A stretch of DNA of 64,000 bases from Sphingomicrobium sp. (GCA_045811385.1 JBJMUB010000090.1:437-64436), one strand, 5' to 3'. Shown: positions 48,634 through 58,337, counted from the first letter of the stretch. Notes: a model not told the origin generated them from the letters alone. Translations and numbers: made by a program.

Positions 48634-48660
48634 TGTGGATAACGGGGATATCGGGAACAA
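48634..48660. promoter_or_regulatory. Perfect DnaA box plus two tandem degenerate boxes
   Basis: TGTGGATAA CGGGGATAT CGGGAACAA at 9-bp spacing between the ncRNA and uvrD. Confidence 0.55.
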
Positions 48661-48738
48661 GCGTCGGAACTTCGCGGCGCGGCCGCGAATCGGCCCGATC
48701 CGGTTGCCGTTCCGTTCTCCCCGGCCTACCTCGGCCAA

Positions 48739-51123
48739 GTGCCTGAATCGCCTGCCGTCGCTCCCGAACCGGCCTACCTCGCCGGCCTCAACCCGCCGCA
48801 GCGCGAGGCGGTGCTGACGACCGAAGGCCCGGTGCTCGTCCTGGCCGGCGCCGGCACCGGCAAGACCGCCGCGCTGACCGCCCGCCTTGCCCACCTCATC
48901 GCCACTCGGCTCGCCTGGCCGAGCCAGATTCTGGCCGTCACCTTCACCAACAAGGCGGCGCGCGAGATGAAACAGCGCGTCTCGGCCATCTCGGGCGGAG
49001 CGATCGAAGGCATGCCGTGGCTCGGCACCTTCCATTCGGTCGCCGCGCGCATGCTGCGCAGCCATGCCGAGTTGGTCGGGCTCCATTCCAACTTCAATAT
49101 CCTCGACACCGACGACCAGCTGCGCGTCCTCAAGCAGCTGATCGCCGCCTCCGGGTTCGACGAAAAGCGCTGGCCGGCACGCCAGCTCGCCGGCCTGATC
49201 GACCGCTGGAAGAACCGCGGCTGGACTCCGGCGCAGGTCGACCCCGGGGAGTCCGAGGCCTTCGCCGCCGGCCGCGGCGCGGAGCTCTACGCCCAATATC
49301 AGGACCGGCTGCGCACGCTCAACGTCTGCGATTTCGGCGATCTCCTGCTCCACATGCTGGTGATCTTCCGCAAGCACGCCGACGTGCTCGACGGTTACCG
49401 CGAGCGCTTCCGCTACATCCTGGTCGACGAATATCAGGACACCAACCAGGGCCAGTACGAATGGCTGAAGCTGCTCGCCGAGCCCAGGCGCAACCTGTGC
49501 TGCGTCGGCGACGACGACCAGTCGATCTACAGCTGGCGCGGCGCCGAGGTCGCCAACATCTTGCGCTTCGAGAAGGATTTTCCCGGTGCAAAGATCGTCA
49601 GGCTCGAGCAGAATTACCGCTCGACGTCGCACATCCTCGCCGCCGCCGACGGCCTCATCGCCAACAACGCAGGGCGCCTCGGCAAGACGCTGTGGACCGA
49701 CGCCGGCGACGGCGACAAGGTCCGCGCCATCGGCGTCTGGGACGGCCCTGAGGAAGCGCGCCGCATCGGCGAGGAGATCGAATCGCACCAGATCCGCGGC
49801 GGCTCGCTCGACGACGTCGCGATCCTCGTCCGCGCCCAGTTCCAGACCCGCGAGTTCGAGGAGCGGTTCATCGCGATCGGCCTCAACTATCAGATCATCG
49901 GCGGCTTCCGTTTCTACGAGCGCGCCGAAATCCGCGACGCCATCGCCTATCTCCGCTTGATCCAGCAGCCGGCCGACGACCTCGCCTTCGAGCGCATCGT
50001 CAACCAGCCCAAGCGCGGCCTCGGCGACAAGGCCGTCGCGGCGATCCACCAGCACGCTCGCGCGAGCCGGCAGCCGCTGCTGCTCGCCGCCGGGTCTATC
50101 CTCGGCACCGACGAGCTGACGCCGCAGGCCCGTCGCTCGCTCGGCAATTTCGTCGCCGACATCGCAAGATGGCGGACAATGGCCGCAAGCTCCTCCCTGA
50201 GCTTGCTCGGGGAGGGGGACCGCTCGACGAAGTCGAGTGGTGGAGGGGTGCCCCACCCCGAACTCGCCCGCATCATCCTCGAAGAATCCGGCTACACCGC
50301 GATGCTCCAGGCCGACCGCTCGGCGGAAAGCGCCGGCCGCCTCGAGAATCTCGCCGAGCTCACCCGCGCGATGGAGGAATATGAATCGCTTCAGGCGTTC
50401 CTCGAGCATGTCTCCTTGGTGATGGACAATGACGAGGCCCGCCAGGGCGACCGCGTCACGATCATGACCATCCACGCCGCCAAGGGCCTCGAATTCGATA
50501 TCGTCTATTTGCCCGGTTGGGAGGAAGGCGTGTTCCCGTCGCAGCGCGCACTCGACGAAGGCGGCCTTGCCGCGCTCGAAGAGGAGCGCCGCCTCGCCTA
50601 CGTCGCCCTCACCCGCGCCCGCCGCCGGGCGACCATCATGCACGCCGCCAACCGCCGCATCTACGGCCAGTGGACCAGCAGCATCCCGTCGCGCTTCCTC
50701 GCCGAGCTGCCCAAGGCTCATATCGAGGAAGAGACCACCATGACCGGCGGCGAGAGCCTGTGGCGAGCGCAATGGTCGGAGCGCTCCGACCCGTTCGCCC
50801 ATGTCGCCCGCCCGTCCCGCGGCCCCGGCTGGCAGCGCGCCGCCCGCCTCAACCCCTCGCCCCAGCGGGGAGAGGGCGACTCGCGCTCCAGCGCGAGCGG
50901 GGTGAGGGCAAGCCGCTGGACCAACCAGCCGCCCCTCGAAGTCAAAGCCTCCGCCGTCAGCCTCGGCAACAAGGGCCGCGCCGACCTCGCGCTCGGCCAG
51001 CGGGTGTTTCACGGCAAGTTCGGCTACGGTACCATCGCCGCGATCGAGGGCAACAAGCTCGAAATCGACTTCGAACATTCCGGCCGCAAGAAGGTCCTCG
51101 ACAGCTTCGTCAGCGCGGGTTGA
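48739..51123 (+). CDS. uvrD: UvrD/PcrA SF1A DNA helicase
   Basis: LAGAGTGKT, TFTNKAA, VDEYQD, GDDDQSIY, EQNYRS, TIHAAKGLEF, EERRLAYVALTRA, C-terminal Tudor-like domain. Confidence 0.96.
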   Translation: MPESPAVAPEPAYLAGLNPPQREAVLTTEGPVLVLAGAGTGKTAALTARLAHLIATRLAWPSQILAVTFTNKAAREMKQRVSAISGGAIEGMPWLGTFHSVAARMLRSHAELVGLHSNFNILDTDDQLRVLKQLIAASGFDEKRWPARQLAGLIDRWKNRGWTPAQVDPGESEAFAAGRGAELYAQYQDRLRTLNVCDFGDLLLHMLVIFRKHADVLDGYRERFRYILVDEYQDTNQGQYEWLKLLAEPRRNLCCVGDDDQSIYSWRGAEVANILRFEKDFPGAKIVRLEQNYRSTSHILAAADGLIANNAGRLGKTLWTDAGDGDKVRAIGVWDGPEEARRIGEEIESHQIRGGSLDDVAILVRAQFQTREFEERFIAIGLNYQIIGGFRFYERAEIRDAIAYLRLIQQPADDLAFERIVNQPKRGLGDKAVAAIHQHARASRQPLLLAAGSILGTDELTPQARRSLGNFVADIARWRTMAASSSLSLLGEGDRSTKSSGGGVPHPELARIILEESGYTAMLQADRSAESAGRLENLAELTRAMEEYESLQAFLEHVSLVMDNDEARQGDRVTIMTIHAAKGLEFDIVYLPGWEEGVFPSQRALDEGGLAALEEERRLAYVALTRARRRATIMHAANRRIYGQWTSSIPSRFLAELPKAHIEEETTMTGGESLWRAQWSERSDPFAHVARPSRGPGWQRAARLNPSPQRGEGDSRSSASGVRASRWTNQPPLEVKASAVSLGNKGRADLALGQRVFHGKFGYGTIAAIEGNKLEIDFEHSGRKKVLDSFVSAG
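50191..50248. repeat. REP-like double hairpin in frame within uvrD
   Basis: CCTCCCTGAGC/GCTCGGGGAGG plus ACCGCTCGAC-gaa-GTCGAGTGGT plus GGAGGGG. Confidence 0.75.
50853..50909. repeat. Second REP-like double hairpin in frame within uvrD
   Basis: CCCTCGCCCC/GGGGAGAGGG plus CTCGCGCT/AGCGCGAG plus GGGGTGAGGG. Confidence 0.7.
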
Positions 51124-51124
51124 A

Positions 51125-51844
51125 TTGACCCACCGCACCCCCGCGCCTAGCCTCGGCGGCATGTTCGCCTGGTATCGCCAACGGTGGCTCGAGCTGGTCG
51201 CTTCGATCTATCTCTACAACGAGCATCGCGGGTACACCGCGCTCGACCGCGTGCTTCAGGCGGTTCGTTCGCGCTGGCCGGACGACCACGAGTTCATCGC
51301 CGAGATCGAGCAGCACCGCGCCGACGAATATAAACATTATCAAATGTTCAAACGGTGGTGGCAGAGGCGCAGCGCGATGCCGATCGCGGTCGATCGCACC
51401 TGCGGCCATATCGACCGGTTCGTCGAAATCATGTTCCGGACCCGGATCAACGATCTCGAGGACGCCGCGATGGTCGCGACCGACGAGCGGTTCGCCAAGC
51501 TGTGCCGGGTCATCGCGCTGACCGAGCGCCGGGGCTTTTGGCAGGTCGAAGTGCTGCTGCGCCATCCGGCGATCCGGGCGGACCGCCAGCTGACGAAAAT
51601 CTACGGCATCATCAAGCAGGACGAGCCGCGCCATTGGACTCCCTACGAAGGCTGGCTGAAGCGCCGCGGCCAGCGCGATCCCAAATGGTGGGAGCGGTGG
51701 ATCGACTCGTTCGTCCATTCGGAGCTGCTGGCGCTCAAGCTGCCGGTCCTGTTCCTGACGCCTCGGCTCGTCCGGCGAACCGACTGGGCCGACCAGGACG
51801 ATCCCGCGGACGTCCCCGCCGTTCCAACCCCCGCGCTTGCCTGA
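51125..51844 (+). CDS. Ferritin-like di-iron protein
   Basis: YNE, DEYKH, LTE, DEPRH carboxylate/His pattern. Confidence 0.8.
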   Translation: MTHRTPAPSLGGMFAWYRQRWLELVASIYLYNEHRGYTALDRVLQAVRSRWPDDHEFIAEIEQHRADEYKHYQMFKRWWQRRSAMPIAVDRTCGHIDRFVEIMFRTRINDLEDAAMVATDERFAKLCRVIALTERRGFWQVEVLLRHPAIRADRQLTKIYGIIKQDEPRHWTPYEGWLKRRGQRDPKWWERWIDSFVHSELLALKLPVLFLTPRLVRRTDWADQDDPADVPAVPTPALA

Positions 51845-52277
51845 CAGGCTGAGCTCTCCGAGCGAGGCTCCGTCCCTGCTCCATCGACTGTTGAGCCGGC
51901 GCGCCGCGATGCTTCTCGGCCGCAACACCGTGGTTGGCGTCGGCGTCTTCCTGTTCGGCCTGGCGCTGTTGTGGCTTCTCGTCGAGAAGCTGCGCTTCCC
52001 GGCCGTGCCCGCCGCCGGAGTGTCGTTCCTGGTCAGCCACACGATCCACTACGTCTTCGGCAGGACCTGGATTTTCCGCGGGACCGAGCGAAAGGTCGCG
52101 GCCGGCTACATCCTGTTCCTGCTCAACTCTCTGGTCGGCCTCGGCATCACCGTCAGCCTGTTCGCGCTGTTCGTCGGCGGAGGGATGCATTACCTTGTCG
52201 CCCGGGTCGTCGTGTCGGTGTTCGCCGGGCTCGCCTTGTTCGTGCTCAACGCCGTGCTGAATTTTCGCAGCCTTTAG
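51837..52277 (+). CDS. GtrA family small flippase-like membrane protein (start may be 51909)
   Basis: Four TMs, Y...RTWIF, LN...NF. Confidence 0.85.
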   Translation: MPDRLSSPSEAPSLLHRLLSRRAAMLLGRNTVVGVGVFLFGLALLWLLVEKLRFPAVPAAGVSFLVSHTIHYVFGRTWIFRGTERKVAAGYILFLLNSLVGLGITVSLFALFVGGGMHYLVARVVVSVFAGLALFVLNAVLNFRSL

Positions 52278-52331
52278 TCGAACGGCGCTGGCGCATGCCG
52301 GCCGCTCCACGGTAATCCGGTCGGACTGGGG

Positions 52332-52847
52332 GTGACCATGAAAACGCTCATCGTCTTCATTCTCGGACTGGTCGCGGGACCGCTTCTGCTCGTGCTGGCC
52401 GGAATGCTCGGCTGGCTCGGAAGCACCGGGACCGGCAACCCGCCGGGATGGGAAGTCTCGCTTGGCGGCAGGATGGTCGACGCCGCGCTGGAAAAACGTT
52501 CCACGGGCCTGAAGAATCCGGTCGCCCCCGGCGACGCCGCGGCCCTGCCCGCCGGCCGCAAGCTCTACGCCATGAACTGCTCGGGCTGCCACGGCACCGC
52601 GCAGGCCAAGAGCAACTGGGGCAGCACCGGCTTCTATCCGCGAGTGCCGCAATTCTGGCAGGGCGATGCCGCCGACGTCACCCCGGAGGAGGCTTATGCC
52701 GCGATCCACGACGGCATCCGCTATTCGGGCATGGGCGCGTGGAAGGGCCTGATGAAGGAAGAGGATATGTGGAAAGTCGCGAATTTCGTCGCGCGAATCC
52801 ACGACCAGCCACGGCAAGCGAAGAGGTCGGAGAAGCGTTCCCGGTAG
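52332..52847 (+). CDS. Membrane-anchored monoheme cytochrome c
   Basis: CSGCHG, GIRYSGM..W, N-terminal TM. Confidence 0.88.
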   Translation: MTMKTLIVFILGLVAGPLLLVLAGMLGWLGSTGTGNPPGWEVSLGGRMVDAALEKRSTGLKNPVAPGDAAALPAGRKLYAMNCSGCHGTAQAKSNWGSTGFYPRVPQFWQGDAADVTPEEAYAAIHDGIRYSGMGAWKGLMKEEDMWKVANFVARIHDQPRQAKRSEKRSR

Positions 52848-52915
52848 GGTCGTCGGCAGGGCTCTAAAGACTCGCCCCCATCAACCCACGTTAAGTCACC
52901 GAACCTGCCCGCGGC

Positions 52916-54304
52916 TTGTTCGTTCGGGCGGGCGTGTTCCTTCGCCCGGACCGCACTCTGACACGTTTGAGCGGACGCTCGGTCCGGCACTGGCTGCGCG
53001 ACCGGCATCTCCGCTCGATCCTGCGCAACAGCAGCTACCTCGCCATTTCCAAGGCCGTGGCCGCGCCCGCAAGTCTCCTGACGCTGGCGCTTGCCGGGCG
53101 CTCACTCGGGCTTGTCGCCTTCGGCACGCTCGTCCTGATCAACAGCTACGTTAAGGCGGCCGGCAGCCTCGCGAAGTTTCAGTCGTGGCAGGTGGTCGTG
53201 CGCTACGGCGGTCGTCCCCTCGAAGCGAGCGGCACCGGGCAGTTTCGCTCGGCGATCGATTTCGCGCTCGGACTCGACGTCCTCGGAAGCGTCATCGCAC
53301 TGACCGCAGCCGGCGCGCTCGTTCCGCTGCTCGCTCCCGCCGTCGGAATTCCGGCCAGCCATGTCGCCGCGACCTTGGCCTATTGCACCCTGCTTCCGCT
53401 GATCGTCCCGGCGACGTCCGTCGGAGTGCTGAGAGCGATCGATCGCTTCGACCTCGCGGCGTGGCAGGGAACCGCCACCCCAATGCTCAGGGCTATCCTG
53501 GTCGCCGCGGCATGGGCCGCGAACGCTCGGTTCGAAGTCTTCCTCGCCATCTGGTATTTGTCGCTCGCGGGAGGCGCCCTCCTCGGGTGGTTGCTTGCCG
53601 GCCGCGAGCTTGCCCGGCACGGGCTGCTCCGGGGCTTGCGCCCGACCCTTCGCTCGACCTCGCTGCCGGGGGCATGGCACTTCGCTCTCAACGCCAACGT
53701 CAATTCGGCGCTCGGCTCGGCGTCCGGCTCGATCGCGCGGCTGCTGGTCGGAGCATTGCTCGGACCGGCCGGAGCGGCGCTCTACCGTGTCGCTTCCGCG
53801 ATCAGCGGCGCGATCGCGAAGCCGGCGGATTTGCTCGCCAAGGCCTTTTACCCCGAAGTCGTCCGAATGGATGCCTCGACGCGCGCGCCATGGCGATTGA
53901 TGTTTCGCTCCGCAGCGCTCGCGGCGACGGTCGCGATCGTCGCCATCGTGGCTCTGATCGCGTTCGGGAAGCCCTTCATCGGCTTGGTGTTCGGTCCCCG
54001 GTTCGGCGGCGGCTACCAGCCTCTGCTGGTCTTGGCCTTGGTCCCCCTGATCCAGACGATCGCCTGTCCAATGCCGTGGATGCTCTACGCGCTCGACCGG
54101 CCACAGGGTCCGGCCGCGGCCAGGCTGACATGCGTGGGTCTCTACCTGTCGTGCATTGCGCCGCTGACCTGGGCGTTCGGCCTGATTGGCGCCGCCGCGG
54201 CGCTCGTTGCCGGAGAAGCGGCACGCCTGCTCGTCATGAGCGTGATGCTCGGACGCGAGTATCGCCGATCAAGCGCGACCTGGCGATCGCCGGGCTGGTG
54301 CTGA
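52916..54304 (+). CDS. Wzx-like polysaccharide flippase (start uncertain)
   Basis: LRNSSYL, GRSLGLVAFG, FQSWQ.VVRYG, YPE; many TMs. Confidence 0.8.
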   Translation: MFVRAGVFLRPDRTLTRLSGRSVRHWLRDRHLRSILRNSSYLAISKAVAAPASLLTLALAGRSLGLVAFGTLVLINSYVKAAGSLAKFQSWQVVVRYGGRPLEASGTGQFRSAIDFALGLDVLGSVIALTAAGALVPLLAPAVGIPASHVAATLAYCTLLPLIVPATSVGVLRAIDRFDLAAWQGTATPMLRAILVAAAWAANARFEVFLAIWYLSLAGGALLGWLLAGRELARHGLLRGLRPTLRSTSLPGAWHFALNANVNSALGSASGSIARLLVGALLGPAGAALYRVASAISGAIAKPADLLAKAFYPEVVRMDASTRAPWRLMFRSAALAATVAIVAIVALIAFGKPFIGLVFGPRFGGGYQPLLVLALVPLIQTIACPMPWMLYALDRPQGPAAARLTCVGLYLSCIAPLTWAFGLIGAAAALVAGEAARLLVMSVMLGREYRRSSATWRSPGWC

Positions 54305-54331
54305 TCGCCGGCGCATGCTTACAGCGATCGG

Positions 54332-54652
54332 ATGCCCGATTCCCCCGACGCCTGCGCCGTTCACGACAATCCCGAGAAACACCGCTTCGAGATCGACCTC
54401 GGCGACGGCTCGTTCGCCATCGCCGAGTACACCCTGCCCGACGGCAAGATCATGTTCACCCATACCGAGGTGCCGGCGGCGCACGAGGGTCAGGGGCTGG
54501 GCAGCCGGTTAATCCGGACCGCGCTCGCCTCCGCTCGGACACGGGGGCTCAAGGTAATCCCGATCTGCCCGTTCTTCGCCGCCTACATCAAGAAGCATTC
54601 GGAGGTGCAGGACTTGCTCGATCCCGCCTGGCGGAAGATCCTCGCCGGCTAG
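54332..54652 (+). CDS. YjdJ-like GNAT acetyltransferase
   Basis: HTEVP...GQGLG, P.CPF. Confidence 0.9.
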   Translation: MPDSPDACAVHDNPEKHRFEIDLGDGSFAIAEYTLPDGKIMFTHTEVPAAHEGQGLGSRLIRTALASARTRGLKVIPICPFFAAYIKKHSEVQDLLDPAWRKILAG

Positions 54653-54843
54653 CGGTCGTCACCGAGAGTCCAGCTGGGCGGATCGCTCGCCGGGAACGAT
54701 TCCATCGAGGCTTCGTCAACCACGTCGCGGTGCCCGGAAATGCGACGATTTTCGGGCTTGCGCCGAATCCAGCGCAGCAGCGCGAACACGGCCGTCCCGG
54801 CTGCTGCGGCGGCGGCGATTGGGGTCAGTCTCGACCTTATCAT
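54649..54843 (-). CDS. Small membrane-anchored protein with ESFPASDPP motif
   Basis: RBS AAGGAG before ATG 54843; VDEASMESFPASDPPSW. Confidence 0.75.
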   Translation of the reverse strand: MIRSRLTPIAAAAAAGTAVFALLRWIRRKPENRRISGHRDVVDEASMESFPASDPPSWTLGDDR

Positions 54844-54909
54844 GATGCTCCTTACCACCTCCCACGGGCATTTGTTCAGGGGATGAACTGAAAACAACAG
54901 GCCGTTCAC

Positions 54910-54935
54910 GGAACCCGACTCGGCCGCCATGCATT
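54910..54935 (+). promoter_or_regulatory. EcfG-type promoter
   Basis: GGAAC-N17-CATT upstream of the 54974 gene. Confidence 0.5.
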
Positions 54936-54973
54936 CTCGCAGCAAAAGTCAACAGAAAAATTCAGGTGTAAAA

Positions 54974-55528
54974 ATGAAGAAGCTAGCCCTTGTGCTGGCG
55001 CTGACGGGTTCGTGCGTTTTGACGACCTCGCTGGTCTCGACGCCGGCCCTTGCGCTGGAAACCTACGAAGCCAAGATGGTAGCCAGCGACGCCGCGTCGC
55101 AGGCTCGCGCCGACATGTTTGAGGCGTTCGGTCCGAAGGAGCTTCGGCCTGGCCGCTTTGTATGGCGCGACGTGCCGGAGAGCGCCGGGCCCGAACGGGT
55201 GGTCATTAGCCTCTCCGATCAGCTGGCGTTCCTCTATCGGGGCGACACGCTGATGGCGGTTGCGACGATCTCGAGCGGCGAGCCAGGGCGCGACACGCCG
55301 ACCGGGATCTTCGCGGTCCGGGGCAAGCAGCTGATGTACCGATCGAAGAAGTACGACAACGCGCCGATGCCGTTCGCGCAGTTCATCGACCAGTACGGCA
55401 TTGCGATGCACGCCGGTTACAATCCCGGCCGGCCGGCCTCCCACGGCTGCATCCGCCTGCCCTCGGCCTTCGCCAAGAAGCTCTATTCGACAACCGGCGT
55501 CGGCACTCCAGTCTACATCGGGGCCTGA
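54974..55528 (+). CDS. YkuD-type L,D-transpeptidase
   Basis: Signal peptide; ISSG..G..TPTG, AMHAG...PASHGCIRL. Confidence 0.9.
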   Translation: MKKLALVLALTGSCVLTTSLVSTPALALETYEAKMVASDAASQARADMFEAFGPKELRPGRFVWRDVPESAGPERVVISLSDQLAFLYRGDTLMAVATISSGEPGRDTPTGIFAVRGKQLMYRSKKYDNAPMPFAQFIDQYGIAMHAGYNPGRPASHGCIRLPSAFAKKLYSTTGVGTPVYIGA

Positions 55529-55651
55529 GCGATGACTCGCCGGGCGGTCCCGCAGCGGGACAGGCGTTTACCAACGCTGGTCACACATTTTGAACCCTGC
55601 CGCCGGGATAATTGTTCCGGCAGCAAGACACCAATTCCCAAAGGATTTGAC

Positions 55652-56950
55652 GTGGTTACACGATTGCTTGTCGGCGCCGCCGCGGCGGCGCTGCTGACCC
55701 TTGGCGCGCCGGCGACGGCCGCCACCAGTCCCGAGGCGCCGCCGGCGCGGTCGTTCGCCATGTTCGGCGACCCGGCGGTGAACGCCTTCCACGCCTCGCG
55801 CGGCGGCGAGCCGCTGTGGCTTGCCGATGGCCCCGGCAGCCCCGCCGCCAGCGAGCTGATCGCGATCCTGAAGCGGTCATCGATGGAAGGGCTGGCCGAC
55901 GGCCCGGGCTACGCTGCCCAGGCCGAGGCGCTGATCGCCCGTGCCCAGTCCGGCGACCGTTCGGCGCTGCTCGAAGCCGATCGTCTGCTGTCGACCGGCT
56001 GGGTTAAATATGTCCAGCTGCTGCATCGTCCTGCCGCGGGCATGACCTATGCCGAGCGCTGGGTCGCTCCGCGTCGGGAGAGCGCGACGGACATCTTGAA
56101 GCTCGCCGGTGCCGCTCGGTCGCCCGACCGCTATCTGCGAACGACGACGGCCGTGAATCCGATCTACGCGGCGCTTCGCGACGCCGCGCTGGCAAGCGGC
56201 GCTTCGGCCGATCCCCGGGTCGCCGCCAGCCTCGATCGCGCCCGGGCCTTCCCGGCCCGCGGCCGCTATCTTGTCGTGGATACCGCGAGCGCGCAGCTGT
56301 GGATGGTCGACGACGGCCGGATTGCGGACTCGATGAAGGTGATCGTCGGCAAGCCGAACAGCCAGACTCCGATGATCGCCAGCGCGATCCACTATGCGAC
56401 CCTCAACCCCTACTGGAACGTCCCGCCGGACATGGTTCGGACGCTGATCGCGCAGAACGTGCTGAGCCAGGGACCGGGCTATCTGAAGGCGCACGGCTAT
56501 CAGTTGCTGTCGGGCTTCGGCGACGACGCCGAGATCATCTCACCCGCCGACGTCGACTGGAAAGCGGTTGCCAACGGCACGGCGACGTTGCGCGTCCGCC
56601 AGCTTCCGGGGCCCGGCAATTCGATGGGCCGCTTGAAGTTCGGCTTCGCGAACGATGCCGGCATCTACCTCCATGACACTCCCAAGAAGGAGCTGTTCGC
56701 GAGCGACGACCGCGATCTCAGCCATGGCTGCATCCGGCTCGAAGACGCCGAGCGCCTCGGCCGCTGGCTGCTCGGCCACGACCCGTCCACCGACTCGAAC
56801 ACCCCTGAGCAGCACGTCCTGCTTCCGGCGCCGGTTCCGGTCTACGTGACCTACCTCACCGCCCACGCCGACAACGGCCAGCTGACGTTCGTCGACGACA
56901 TTTACAATCGCGACGCGCGCGGCGTCGGCGAGCTCGCCGCGCTGCGCTAG
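55652..56950 (+). CDS. YcbB/LdtD-like L,D-transpeptidase (paralog of 27754)
   Basis: GTG start 55652; VIVGK...TP, NPYWN, IYLHDTP, SHGCIRL. Confidence 0.9.
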   Translation: MVTRLLVGAAAAALLTLGAPATAATSPEAPPARSFAMFGDPAVNAFHASRGGEPLWLADGPGSPAASELIAILKRSSMEGLADGPGYAAQAEALIARAQSGDRSALLEADRLLSTGWVKYVQLLHRPAAGMTYAERWVAPRRESATDILKLAGAARSPDRYLRTTTAVNPIYAALRDAALASGASADPRVAASLDRARAFPARGRYLVVDTASAQLWMVDDGRIADSMKVIVGKPNSQTPMIASAIHYATLNPYWNVPPDMVRTLIAQNVLSQGPGYLKAHGYQLLSGFGDDAEIISPADVDWKAVANGTATLRVRQLPGPGNSMGRLKFGFANDAGIYLHDTPKKELFASDDRDLSHGCIRLEDAERLGRWLLGHDPSTDSNTPEQHVLLPAPVPVYVTYLTAHADNGQLTFVDDIYNRDARGVGELAALR

Positions 56951-57804
56951 GGCCGGGTCACCGGGATCCTGAGAAATACCGACCCGTTCGCTTCGGCGGG
57001 CGGGAGACGGCCGGCGCGAATGTTCACCTGGATCGCCGGGTAGAGCAGCTTCGGCGCGCACAGGGTTTCGTCCCGCGCTCGGCGCATGGCGGTGAATTCC
57101 TGCTTGGACTTGCCACCGACGTGGATGTTCCGATCCGCCTCGTCGCCGACCGTCGTCTCCCAGGCGTAGGAGTCGCGGCCCGGCGCCTTATAGTCGTGGC
57201 ACAGGAACAAGCGCGTCTCGCGCGGCAGCGATAGGATCCGCTGGATCGACCGATACAGCTTTTCAGCGCAGCCGCCGGGGAAGTCGCAGCGCGCGGTGCC
57301 GTAGTCGGGCATGAACAGCGTATCGCCGACGAACACCGCGTCGCCCACCCGATAGCTGACGCACGCCGGCGTATGCCCGGGAGTAGCGAGCACCTCGATG
57401 GTCAGCTGGCCGAGTTGAATCTCGTCGCCGTCGGTGAGCAGCCGATCGAAATCGCCGGCATCGAGATCGTCCGCTCCCAGCATCGGGCCGAACACCCGCT
57501 GCACGTCGGCGACCCCGCTGCCGATCGCGACCCGGGCTCCGGTTCGCTCGCGGATCAGGCCTGCCGCCGACAGGTGATCGGCGTGGACATGCGTTTCGAG
57601 CACCCATTCGATCCGCAGCTTCTGCTGCTCCGCGGCTGAGAGGATTCGATCGACCGAATGGGTTGCGATCGTGCCCGACGCTGCATCGAAGTCGAGCACC
57701 GGGTCAATTACCGCCGCCGCGCCGGCCGCAGTATCGGCGACGAGATAGCTAACGCTGTTCGTCGCCTCGTCGAAAAAAGCGCTGATGGCGGGCGCGGAAC
57801 TCAT
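56947..57804 (-). CDS. MBL-fold hydrolase, persulfide dioxygenase (Blh/ETHE1-like)
   Basis: ETHVHADHLS, TPGHT, GDTLFMPDYGTARCDFPGG, CHDY. Confidence 0.9.
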   Translation of the reverse strand: MSSAPAISAFFDEATNSVSYLVADTAAGAAAVIDPVLDFDAASGTIATHSVDRILSAAEQQKLRIEWVLETHVHADHLSAAGLIRERTGARVAIGSGVADVQRVFGPMLGADDLDAGDFDRLLTDGDEIQLGQLTIEVLATPGHTPACVSYRVGDAVFVGDTLFMPDYGTARCDFPGGCAEKLYRSIQRILSLPRETRLFLCHDYKAPGRDSYAWETTVGDEADRNIHVGGKSKQEFTAMRRARDETLCAPKLLYPAIQVNIRAGRLPPAEANGSVFLRIPVTRP

Positions 57805-57821
57805 CCGCGCCCGTTATCGCG

Positions 57822-58337
57822 TCAGACGGCGACTTCGTCCATCGTCTTGAGCTGCGGCTTGGGAATGCCGTTCGCCTTGAATTGCTCGGTCAGCTCGAGC
57901 TTGCGCTGCGCGAGCTGTTCGCCGAGCGCGTCCATGTCGAGCTCGGCCTTGCGCGCCTGGGCGAACAGCCCTTCCATGCGCTTCTCTTCCTCCTCGACGT
58001 GGTGCTCGATCTCCTCCTGGAGCACCTTGACCTTGGCGTCGAAGAAGTCGTCGCCTTCGCCGGCGCCGGCGGTGATCTCGGCGATCAGCAGCTTGGCGCC
58101 GTCATGCTCGACGTAGCTCTCCTTGAGCAGGTCCTCATCGACCTTCCCCTCGCAGGCCGGATAGAAAATCTCTTCCTCGATCTGCGCGTGGACCGAAAGC
58201 TCGAGGCAAATCTGCTCGGCGAGCGACTGCTTCCGCCCCTTGCCGCTCGCTTTCTCGAATTTCTCGAACAATTCCTCGACCGTACGGTGGTCGTCTTTCA
58301 AAAGCGCGATCGCATCGCGCGGGGTGGACTCGGGCAT
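57822..58337 (-). CDS. Hemerythrin-like (HHE) protein
   Basis: DAIALLKDDH, HAQIEEEIFYP, EH, HHVEEEE; start 58337 with RBS GGAGGAG. Confidence 0.9.
   Translation of the reverse strand: MPESTPRDAIALLKDDHRTVEELFEKFEKASGKGRKQSLAEQICLELSVHAQIEEEIFYPACEGKVDEDLLKESYVEHDGAKLLIAEITAGAGEGDDFFDAKVKVLQEEIEHHVEEEEKRMEGLFAQARKAELDMDALGEQLAQRKLELTEQFKANGIPKPQLKTMDEVAV

Noticed and set aside
48600-48740. Chromosomal origin oriC
   Set aside because: Only one perfect DnaA box, no extended AT-rich unwinding element, and no typical origin-flanking genes
47940-48746. Short ORFs across the structured region (47940-48416, 48028-48300, 48204-48482, 48507-48746)
   Set aside because: R/P/S-rich translations without convincing RBS or family motifs; RNA structure explains the sequence better
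48511-51162. 883-aa minus-strand ORF opposite uvrD (also 5699-8116, 650-3205, 34510-36510 and similar)
   Set aside because: Shadow or alternative frames caused by stop-codon scarcity at high GC; each overlaps a well-supported gene
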